Notes under the pieces: generated by a model | Databases searched by the model: none | Told to the model about the DNA's origin: nothing | Seen by the model: the letters and a program-made list of their open reading frames with translations, nothing else | DNA from: Paludibacteraceae bacterium | GTDB taxonomy: Bacteria > Bacteroidota > Bacteroidia > Bacteroidales > Paludibacteraceae | Assembly: GCA_024693065.1 (NCBI GenBank) | Contig: JAILLP010000030.1 | Location: 56,722-120,721 of the forward strand | DNA length: 64,000 nucleotides | Reading direction: 5' to 3' | Program-made: the position numbers and the translations under genes | In this document: positions 26,819 through 38,800 of the stretch, piece by piece | Position numbering within the stretch: the stretch's first letter is position 1 | Layout: each line of letters begins with the position of its first letter

Positions 26819-29800
26819 ATGATTGGAACAATGAATTCTATTTACGGCAAGTCGAAATCACTGTGGCTGGTTTTGGCGTTTTCTTTCGTTGCGCTCTCCG
26901 CTTCGGCGAAAGATGTTTTTTATGTGAAATCAGGGGCTAACGGGGATGGAAGCTCCTGGAGTAAGGCATTTGGGAACATCCAGCAGGCGGTGGATTCGGC
27001 CGCAAAGGTGGGTGCTGATGTCTGGGTGGCCAAGGGCGTCTACAAAAGTGAGTCGTCTGCTGTGGTTACCTTGAAGCCGAATGTCAGTCTATATGGCGGT
27101 TTCGCTGGTACGGAGACTTCTCTCGCGGCGAGGGATACGGCAAAGAATCCTACCGTGTTGGACGGAGACGCTAAGATCCGTGTAATCAATCAACCGTCTG
27201 ATTTCGCAGATGCGTCTGCGGTTGTGGTGGACGGTTTCACGATCCAGAATGGTTCCGTGGATTATGGTGGTGGCGCTTATCTGAGAAAGAATTCGACGAT
27301 CAACAATTGTATCTTTAAAAATAATGTCGCATCATATGGCTTGGCGATATATGCACGTAACGCAAAGATTAAAAACAGTATAATCTGTGACAATAGGTCT
27401 GCTAATTCTTCCCAGACAGTTTATCTGTACGCTTCGGAAATGGATAGCTGCGTTGTGAAAAATAACGAGGCTTCTTATAATTCGGCCATGAGCGTGGAAA
27501 ATTCCTCGGTGTCTAACACCATCATTGATTCCAATAAAGATATAAACATATATAGCGGGTATCCATTGAATCTGTACAACAATTCCAAACTGATCAATTG
27601 TGAAGTGAAGAACAACTATGGACAACATGCTGGAATATATGCATATCAAGGTATCCTTATTAAGGGTTGTACGTTCTCGAACAATGAGAGCGCAGTTTAC
27701 AGTGCCCTTCATATTGACTATAACTCAAAAATAGAGGATTGCGAAGTCTTCGGTAACAAGGGAAATTCGTATGAAATCTTTTATCTGAACAGCTCGTCTT
27801 CTATGAACCGTTGTAATGTGCACGACAATGTGGTGGAGAATAACCATCATATAGTGAATGTCCGGTATTCGTCTGTTGTCTCCAACTCTTTGATTTACAA
27901 TAATAAAAATACGACGTCTGGCTCTGCTCCTCTTTGCTTGTATAGTAATGCTAGAATGGAAAACACAACATTCGCGGATAATGAGACAGGAGCGTCGTCT
28001 GGGGTTCAGATGAATAGCTCTTCTATTGTGAATTCCATCATTGTGGGCACTAGGTACGTGAAGTCATTTCAAACCCATTTTAGTCTGAGTGGAACAAATA
28101 TTGTCTCGCATTCAATGATTGAAGGTGGATTCACGGGAGAGGGTAATATTGCTGGAACAAAGGAAGCGGCTGCGTTTGTGGATCCTGACAAGGGTAATTA
28201 TTCTCTTTCTGAAAAATCGTATTGCATTAACAGGGGAAAAGATACGGAAACCACTGCCGATCTGTTGGGGAAATCCAGGAAACAAGGCGGTGCGGTGGAT
28301 ATGGGTGCGATCGAATCGCAGTATGAGAAAGCTAATGTGCCTTCTTTGGGTGAAATCATATATGTGAAGAAGGGCTCTAAGGGCGACGGCTCAAGCTGGA
28401 CGTCTGCGTTTGGGGATCTTTATGAAGCGATGTTGTTGGCTTCCCTTGATGGTAAAAAGCATCAGATTTGGGTGGCTGCTGGAACATATTATGGAGACAC
28501 AACCTCTTCTGTCACAGCCTTCCCTTTAGGTCAGGGTGTTAGCTTGTATGGTGGATTCGCAGGAAACGAGACCTCTCTGGCGGCGCGTGACACGGCGAAG
28601 AACCCTACCATCCTGGATGGAAAGGACGCAAGACGTGTCATTACCCAGAATTATGATTTCACTAGTTCCATGGCGGTCGTGGTAGACGGTTTCACTATCC
28701 AGAACGGATTGTCGGCAAACGGAGGTGGTGTGTACGTCACCTCCAACACAACGATCAACAACTGTATCATCAGGGCGAATAAAGCATCCTCCAATGGTTC
28801 AGCCATCTATGCGACAAATGCGACCATCAAAAATACCCAGATTGTGGGCAATGACTATCGGAACGGCCTTTATTATACTGTCTATCTCAGCGGTTGCCGA
28901 TTGGATAGTTGTTTGGTGAAGGACAATAAAACAGATTATTATAGCGCGATTTGTGCGAGATCCAACTCCAATGTGACGAACTGTGTGGTTGAGGGCAATA
29001 GCTCTAATAGAAGCGAAGTGGGATCTCTTTTCTATTCGACAAAGATCAGCAACTGTAAGTTTGTGAACACGAAGGGGAATGGCGCATATGTATATCTATA
29101 TGAATCATCTGTGATGAGGGATTGTTTGTTCGAAGGGAATACGGGAGGTACCTCGCCTGTCGTTTATGTCTCAGACAACAATGCTTTGCTGGAAAATTGT
29201 CAGATTCTGGACAATTCAACGAACACAAATTTAATGAATGTATATTATGGAAGAGTCAATAGATGTTTAGTGAGAGGAAACACGTCATCTTCTGATATAG
29301 CGCATATGTCTAGTTCCTCGACGATCTCAAACAGCGTCATCTGTGACAATGTCGTCACCTCTTCCTCCACACCGATCTGGATGAGGTATGGTGCCTCCAT
29401 GATCAATTGTACCGTTGTCCGCAATGCGACGCAGCATGCGAATGTTGTCCATATCAATGGCTCTACGTTGAAGAACTCAATTATTGTTGGCAACAAGACG
29501 GTTGGCGGTTATGGCGGCATCTTTGATGACGCATCGTCAAGCACGATCGTCAATAACATGTTGGAGAACACTTTCGTGAGGGGTAATATTGACGGAACAA
29601 TGGCGCATGCCGCCTTCACGGATGCCGAGAACGGAGACTACTCACTGACGGCGAACTCCTACTGTATCAATGCTGGTGCGGATGTCGCCGACACGCTCGA
29701 TTTCTTAGGGAAGGCGAGGAAACAAGGTGGTGCGGTGGATATGGGTGCGATCGAGTCTGCCCATACAAAGGCGCCAGCACAAAGTTGCGGAGAGATTGTC

Positions 29801-32800
29801 TATGTGAAGTCGGGCTCCAATGGCGATGGCTCTAGTTGGTCGTCCGCTTTCGGGGATGTGCAGCAGGCGATCTTTGCGGCGGCCGCGGACGGGAAAAGAC
29901 ACCAGATTTGGGTGGCCACCGGTACCTACTATGGCGACACGACGCACTCCACGGTGGTGAACCTCGCGGCTGGAATCAGTTTGTATGGAGGATTCGCAGG
30001 AAACGAGACCTCCCTGGCGGCGCGTGACACGGCGAAGAACCCTACCATCCTGGATGGAAAGGACGCAAGACGTTGCATCACCCAGAATTATGGATTCGTC
30101 GATTCCATGGCGGTTGTGGTGGACGGATTCACCATTCAGAACGGATATGCTCCAAACGGAGGAGGTGTGAACCTTGCGGCCAACACGACGATCAACAATT
30201 GTATCATCAAGGCGAATAAGGCATCCTCCCATGGTTCAGCCGTTTATGCGACAAATGCGACCATCAAAAATACCCAGATTGTGGGCAATGACTATCGGAA
30301 CGGCCTTTATTATACTGTCTATCTCAGCGGTTGCCGATTGGATAGTTGTTTGGTGAAGGACAATAAAACAGAATATTATAGCGCGATTTGTGCGCAATCC
30401 AACTCCAATGTGACGAACTGTGTGGTTGAGGGCAATAGTTCCAATAGAAGCTATGAGGGATCTGCTTTCTATTCGACCAAGATCAGCAATTGTAAGTTCG
30501 TGAACACGAAGGGGAATGGCGCATTTGTAGTTCTATATGAGTCATCAGTGATGAGGAATTGTTTGTTCGAGGGGAATACGGGAAGTGACGCATCTGTCGT
30601 TTATGTCTCAAACTCCAATGCTTTGCTGGAGGATTGTCAAATCCTGGGCAATTCAACGAACTCATACTTGGTGAATGTCTATTACGGAAGAGTCAATAGG
30701 TGTTTGGTGAGAGGGAACACGTCATCTTCTTTTATAGTGCATATGTCTAGTTCCTCGACAATCTCAAACAGCGTCATCTGTGACAATGTCGTCACCTCTT
30801 CCTCCACACCGATCTGGATGAGGTATGGTGCCTCCATGATCAATTGTACCGTTGTCCGCAACAAGACGCAGCATGCGAATGTTGTCCATATCAATGGTTC
30901 CACGTTGAAGAACTCTATTCTTGTCGGTAACATGACGGTTGGCAGTTATGGCGGCATTTTTGATGACGCAGCGTCAAGCACGATCGTCAACAACATGTTG
31001 GAGAACACTTTCGTGAGGGGTAATATTGACGGAACAATGGCGCATGCCGCCTTCACGGATGCCGAGAACGGAGACTACTCATTGTCGGCGAACTCCTACT
31101 GTATCAATGCCGGTGCAGATGTCGCCGACACGCTCGATTTCTTAGGGAACTCAAGAAAGCAAGGTGGTGCGGTGGATATGGGTGCGATCGAGTCTGCCCA
31201 TACAAAAGCGCCAACACAAAGTTGCGGAGAGATTGTGTATGTGAAGTCGGGCTCCAATGGCGATGGCTCTAGTTGGTCGTCCGCCTTCGGAGATATTCAG
31301 CCGGCGATTTTTGCGGCGGCTGCGGACGGGAAGAGACATCAGATATGGGTGGCCGCCGGTACCTACTATGGCGACACGACGCACTCCACGGTGGTGAACC
31401 TCGCGGCCGGAATCAGCTTGTATGGTGGCTTTGCAGGCAACGAGACCTCCTTGGCGGCGCGTGACACGTCGAAGAACCCTACCATCTTGGATGGAAAGAA
31501 TGTGAGACGCTGTATCACCCAGAATTATGGATTCGTCGATTCCATGGCGGTTGTGGTGGACGGGTTCACCATCCGGAACGGCTATGCGCCAAACGGAGGA
31601 GGAGTATACCTCGCAGCCAACACGACGGTCAACAATTGTATCATCAAGGCGAATAAGGCATCCTCCAATGGCTCTGCCATCTATGCGACAAGTGCGACCA
31701 TCAAAAACACCCAAATCGTGGGCAACGACTATCTGAGTGGTCTTCATTACACGGTCTATCTCTCTGGTTGTCGGTTGGACAGCTGTAATGTGAAGAACAA
31801 CAGGTCGGATAACTATAGCGCGATTTGTGCAAATGGCAACTCCGTTGTGACGAACTGTGAGGTTGAGGGCAATAGTTCCAATAGAGGCTATATAGGCTCT
31901 ATCTTCTATTCGACGACCAAGGTCAGCAACTGTAAGTTCGTGAACACGAAGGGGAATGGCGCGTTTGTCTCTCTGCAGGAATCATCCGTGATGCGGAATT
32001 GTTTGTTCCAGGGAAATACGGAAGGTGATGCGTCTGTCGTTGGAATTTCAGGCAGTGGCGTTTTGCTGGAAGATTGCCAGATCATAGGCAATTCAACGAA
32101 CTCAAACTTGGTGAGTGTGTATTACGGAAGAGTCAATAGGTGTTTGGTGAGAGGGAACACGTCATCTTCTGATATAGCGCATATGTCTAGTTCCTCGACG
32201 ATCTCAAACAGCGTCATCTGTGACAATGTCGTCACCTCTTCCTCCACACCGATTTGGATGAGATATGGTGCCTCCATGGTCAATTGTACCGTTGTCCGCA
32301 ACGAGACGAAGCATGCGAATATCGTCTACCTCAATGGCTCCACGTTGAAGAACTCAATTATTGTCGGCAATAAGAGAAATACTAATTATAGTGATGTTTT
32401 GAGTAGGGAAGGGACGAACACGATCGTCAACAACATGCTTGAGACCACCTCTTTGGAAGGAAATATTGATGGAGCGTTGCAGTACGCTGCCTTCACGGAT
32501 GCTGAAAATGGAGATTATTCATTGACGGCGAACTCCTACTGTATCAATGCTGGTGCGGATGTCTCCGACACACTCGATTTCTTAGGGAACCCAAGAAAAC
32601 AGGGCGGCGCAGTGGATATGGGTGCGATCGAGTCTGCCCATGCGGAGGCCTTAAAGCCAAGTTGCGGAGAGATTGTCTATGTGAAGTTAGGATCCAATGG
32701 CGACGGCTCTAGTTGGTCGTCTGCCTTTGGCGATATCCAGCCAGCGATCATCGCTGCGGCGTCGGATGGGAAGAGACACCAGATTTGGGTGGCTGCCGGA

Positions 32801-35800
32801 ACTTACTATGGCGACACGACGCTTCAAACGGTGATGAGCCTTTCGAAAGGAATCAGCTTGTATGGAGGTTTTGCTGGAACGGAAACATCCCTTGCGGCGC
32901 GTGATACGGCCAAGAACCCTACTATTCTGGATGGTAGGAATGAGAGACGTATTCTCTCACAATCTGAGGCGTTCGCCGATTCCATGGCGGTTGTGGTGGA
33001 CGGTTTCACCATCCAGAATGGTTATGCGTCGAACGGAGGAGGTGCATATTTGAGAAAGAATACGACCTTGAATAATTGCATCGTGAAGAATTGCCAAGCC
33101 GTTGATGGTGGATCGGCAATATATGGTGTTGGCGCTAATGTCACAAATTCCATGATTTGTGGCAATGGTAATTCGAATTCGTATGATTATAACAAGTATG
33201 TTGCCTTGTACATGATAGGTGGTAAGGTTGATAATTGTATCGTGGCTGGTAATAAGGCAGCATATTACACGGCTGCCATACATGCGACAGAATCTGTCCG
33301 TATTACCAATTCGCTTTTTGAGGCAAACTCGTCAAATAGAGGAGATCTGATTTATATGTCTCAATCCACAATGTCTGATTGTAGGATTATCAATCACACC
33401 ATTTCATCGTACGCTGATTATGTGATCAGGATGGTTTCTGCTTCCAAGATGGAAAGATGTCTGATTGAAGGCAACACGGCGTATGACCATATTGTGTACC
33501 TCTCCGACAATTCCCTGCTCTCTAATTCCCAGATCACGAAATGCAAGTCTACCGATAGAAGTATGGTCTATTTCAGGGATGCTTCTAGGATGATTAACTG
33601 TACTGTAGCGGACAATGTCACGGGATATCAGACTATCTATTGTGAATCCTCGCCTCAGATTCTTAATTCAATTGTCGTGGGCAACAAACGCACGAACAAT
33701 TCTGAGAGTGTCTTGGTGAGAAACGCCACCATTAAATACTCAATGATCGAAGGTGGAGCCAATGGTGAAGGCAATATTGACGGTGGTAAGTCGAGTGCCG
33801 CGTTTGCGGATCCTGCTAATGGTGATTACTCCTTGTCTGGATCTTCCCTTTGTATCAATGCGGGAAGTGATGTCGCTGACTCGATTGATTTGAGGGGCAA
33901 TGTGAGGAAACAGAGCACTGCCGTGGATATGGGTGCGATCGAGTCCGCATTCACGGAGAGAGTTTCGGTCGGCCCGATTATCTATGTGAAGTCTGGATCC
34001 GAAGGCTCCGGATTGAATTGGGACGATGCGCTTGGGGAAATCAACCAGGCGGTTACGCTTGCCTCTACTACGGGACAGAAACATCAGATCTGGGTGGCTA
34101 AGGGAACTTACCTCGGAGATACCTCTTTGGTTTCCGCCATCTCACTCGCCGCAGGTGTGAGCCTGTATGGAGGATTTGAGGGAAATGAGTCTTCTCTGGA
34201 GGAGCGGGACGTTGCGAAGAACGTTACCGTGATAGATGGTAAATACAGACGTAGATGTATCATTCAAACCTATGATTTCGCTGATTCGTTGGCAATTGTG
34301 GTGGACGGATTCACCATTCAAAACGGATTCCTGAGGGATAATGCTGGTGTGAATGCGAATGTGAAGGGCAATACTACTTTCAACAACTGTATCTTCAGAA
34401 GCGCACGAGAGGGTAATGAGGGCGTATATGCCAATAAGACTGCCTTCAAGAACTGTACGTTCGTTGAGAACACAATCCAGGAGCTCGAACTCTATGGCGG
34501 AACGGTAGAGGGTTGTACTTTCACGGGTAATAAGACGAACCATGGTGTTAGTAATGTCGTTTATATCAGTGGCTCAAAGATGTCTAACTCACGGATCGCT
34601 GATTATGCGGAGTACTATGCTACGCTTAAGGCTGTGGAAAATTCTGTGGTGTCATCTTGTAAGATCGTGAACAATGAAGCATGGTACGAAAATATAATTC
34701 AATTGTCTAACGCTACGATGGAGAACTCTTTGGTGTACGGGAATGCTTTGCGCTACTCCAACCATTCTATCATAGCGGTTGACTACAACTCCTTCATCAC
34801 CAATTCCACTATCGCCCATAATACAACATTGAATAGAAGCGCGATCAGTTATGCGAACAGTTATTCTGGACGTTATGCTACAATCGCCAACTCTATCATC
34901 TATGGCAATAAGGTGACGGATGAGGTGCGTCCTCAAGTGGTTGCGTCAGAATATGTCAAGGTGAAGTACTGTGCTTCTGATGGGGAGTTGACTGGTGAGA
35001 ACAACATTAGGTTGGCCACTTCAAACAGCGGTTCTGACGCATCCAAGAATTATGTATGCTTCATCAATGCGGCTGGCGGTGACTATCGTCTGCATGCTAC
35101 CTCCGCTTGTATCGACAAGGGTCTTGATAGCTTGATGAAGGCTGAAACGGACCTCAATGGCGGGGCGAGAATCTACGGCAAGGCCATCGACCTCGGTGCG
35201 GTTGAGTTTGACGGCGAATATGTTCAGATGCGTGACTACAGCCAACCGGTTTGCTACAACAGGTACTCTTTGGAGGCTACATTCGATTCCACCATCGCTA
35301 AGATTGATTGGCTGATCGTCAATGCGGGTTATGTGGAAGGCTTTGAAAACACTTCGGGTAGCGGTATCTCCATTCCGGCCATGCAGCTCCGTACCGCCAA
35401 GAACGATGTTGATACGATGACCGTGAAGGTTACGCCTTATGACAAGGCAGGTGTGGCTGGCACCCCATTCAACTACAACTACATTGTTTACCCAGACTTC
35501 TCCAAGAAGAAGGTGTCGTTCTCTTATCCTCCAGTGGCTTATATGGTGAATGAGCAGAACAATAACATGACCATCAGTTGGAACAGATTAATACTCCCTG
35601 TTGAAGTGGATAAGTATGATTTGTATGTATGGAAGGCTTCCCATAAGATGCCGGCTAATCCAATGGCTTCCTTCGTGAAGGATCACAGCAGACAATTGAC
35701 AGGTCTGGACAACCATACAACGTACAAGTATATGGTGAAGGCAGTCATCGCATGTGACACTATATGCTCTGAGATCGATAGCTTCAGGATAGATATCCCT

Positions 35801-38800
35801 GTGAGCCTTACTGTGAGCGGGGACGTGAACTGCGTCTTCGGCTCGAAGCTGAACGAGACCTCTTCTCTCACCCGTTATGTGAGGGGATTCGAGTTGACGG
35901 ATTCGATCACGTATGAGATCACGGGTAGGGATGCCGCTGATTTCTCCGCAAAGTGTGAGAATGGTTGGGATAAGCTGAATGGTGGTTATCTGAGAATATT
36001 CTATACACCAACGGATGTGAAGAAACAGACCAGCGATGCGGCGATCACGATTAGGTCTGGTAATTCTGGTAAGTATGAGGTCACATTCTACCTCGCTGGT
36101 ACATTGTCTAACTATTATGTGTACGGTGCTGAGGTGGAGGAGCCTGTCTACTCCGCAGGTGACACGGTGAATGTGATCGGTATTCTGACCGATGCCTATG
36201 GTACTCCGATGTGTGGCAAGTCGATCACGATAGAGGCGAACTCTAACACGGGATTCTCTCACTCCACATCCGAGGTGACGGATTCTACGGGTAGGGCACT
36301 GGCTCGATTTGCGACGGAAAAGGTGGAGTGTGGTGTCTATACCGTGAAAGTATATATTGGATCGAAGGAGAATGATGCGGCTTATGCGCGCTTCGATATC
36401 CCTGGTATGGCATATTCGGGTGGTACTACGAAGTGGACCATCCAAAAGGGAGACACGATTGATGGCTCGATCACTATTTCTAACCGAAGTGGCGTTGATC
36501 TTCATAACCTTGTTGTCGAAACGCGTGAGTTGGCGGATGGCTTGGAGATTGCGTTCGACACGCTGAAACTCCTTAAGGGAAGCGAGTCGGCTAGAATTCC
36601 GTTCAAGGCTACTGGTACGAAACTGACCGAGGGCCGGTTGTATCTTCCAAGTGTCTTCAGGGTATCCTGTTCGGAGAAAACGACTTGTGACTTCACCACG
36701 TTCTTCTATTGTGAACAACCTTATGGTCAGATTAAGGTTTCTCCTTCAAATATCAACGAGTATATCTCGAAACAGAAACCTAAGTACATCAATGTTGAGT
36801 TGACGAATGCTGGATTCGGTGAGACGGGTGAGGTCTCGCTGGCTTTGCCGGATTTCAGTGGGTTCAGCGTTCCGACGACAACGTTGCCAAGCATTAAGTC
36901 TGGCGATACGGCTAGAGTGATGTTGAGGCTCGCATACTATGCAGGCGCTCCTATCAATGTGCCATTCACGGGTTCGATCGGTGTCAACTGCGCAAACGGC
37001 AAGTCTACAAGTTTGCCATTCAGAGTTGAGTACTCTTCTGAGTCGAAAGGTGGCTTGGCGGTGGAAGTAGTGGATGAATACTACTACAATACCGCGAACA
37101 ACAAACACCTGAATGGTGCCAAGGTTGTGGTTCGCAACCAGTATAACAATCAGGAGGTGGCGTCTGGCTACTCAGACACTACCGGTATCGTGAAATTCGA
37201 CAGTATTCCTGAAGGCACCTATCTGTTGAGCGTGAAGGCGGACAAGCATTCTGAGTACCAGGAGACGATCGAGATCCAAGCGGGTCAGATTGTGAACAAG
37301 TTTGTCTTCTTGGCTTATCAAGCCATTACATATTCTTGGAATGTGGAGCGTGTTGAGATCGAAGACAGGTATGACATCAACCTCGACTTCGAGTACGAGA
37401 CCAACGTTCCGGCTCCGGTTGTGACCTTGACGTTCCCTAACGGTGTCCCTGACAAGGCTAGATTCCAGGTGGGTGAACCGAAAGTGGTACAACTTCAGAT
37501 CACCAACCATGGTCTAATCGCGGCGCACTACGTGAAGTTCGGTATGCCGAAGGTGCCATATTATCGGTTCTATGTGCCTTACAACTATATCGATTCGTTG
37601 CCGGCCAACCACACGGAGTTCGTGCCTATCACGATTGTCCGTACTGATGTGGAATTCCCTGAATATGGTTATAGTGAAAGCAGTGGCTCGGGTATCCCAT
37701 TGGAGAATGAGTCGCTCGGCACCTCTGAATGCCCAAGCGTTCATGCGGAGTACTCTTATGTCTGTGGTTTGCTGAGACAATTGTCCGCCGTCAGCCCTAA
37801 TCCATGGGGATGCCCATATTTGGTTCCTCTTGGCGGAGGCGGAGGCCACGGAGGTGGCGGATTTGACGTGCCTGCATATGGTGGCGGGGGCCATAAAGAC
37901 GAGCATGAGCTCGGAAAGGTGGAGAACCATCATTATTCCGTCAATTTGGATATTCCATGTAATTCATGTTGGTCGAAAATTAATCCATGGGGATGTGTGG
38001 GTGATGTCCTTGGCTTTATTCCGATCATCGGACCTGCCCTTTCTTGGGGAACCGACAAGTTGCATGAGGCGCTTGAGGCGGATGCCGAAGAGAGACGTAA
38101 GGAACAAAGCGCTGAACTTAAGGATCACCCTGAATTGGAAAATGCCAGGGAATTTGCCCAAGAAACGGACTATTTCGAGTCCCTTGATATTCCATTCAGT
38201 GATTATACATTTGACAGTGATCAGACGCCTCAGGATTTTGCGGACCTTGGCCAAGCGATTGGCGAATATACCTATGGTCCTGGTCAATATTTTGTGGAGT
38301 TCAGGAAAGAAGAAGATAGAAAGAGGGAGGAGAGAAAGGCGAAAGCCGAGCGAAAGAAGAAGGAGAAGGAAGAGAAAACAGGCAAGAAGAGTAAGGATTT
38401 TGACATGGTTATCTCTTCAAGCGTAGATGATTTGAAGGATGTATACAAGGGAACGAAATTGGTTTGTAAGGGAATGAATGGCGAGCTTGATCCATATGAA
38501 GGTGTCGATTTCATCTGGAGCCAAGGGAAGAGCCGTATCTTGGATAAGGCCAAGAAAAAGATTCCTGTCATCAAGGATGTCCCTTGGAGCTGCTTCGATT
38601 TGCTGTGCCAGATGAATTCGTGCGATGCCGGAAGGTACGCGAAGGATTGCGGACGTTATATCTACGATAGGCTTGCGGGCAATGACGAAGAGGATGAAGA
38701 CACACGTAAGACGGTTACTACGGCTGGCGATACTGTTGTGATCGTCAATGGAGAGATCGTTGATGTGCTTTATTCTGACGGTGACAGTTTGAGCGCTCAG

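Noticed and set aside
28725-30933. Pairs of near-identical small ORFs in the track (28725/30174, 29046/30483, 29245/30682) that look like a small gene family.
   Set aside because: They are out-of-frame or antisense readings of the duplicated beta-helix modules of the giant gene, so their similarity only reflects the intragenic repeat.
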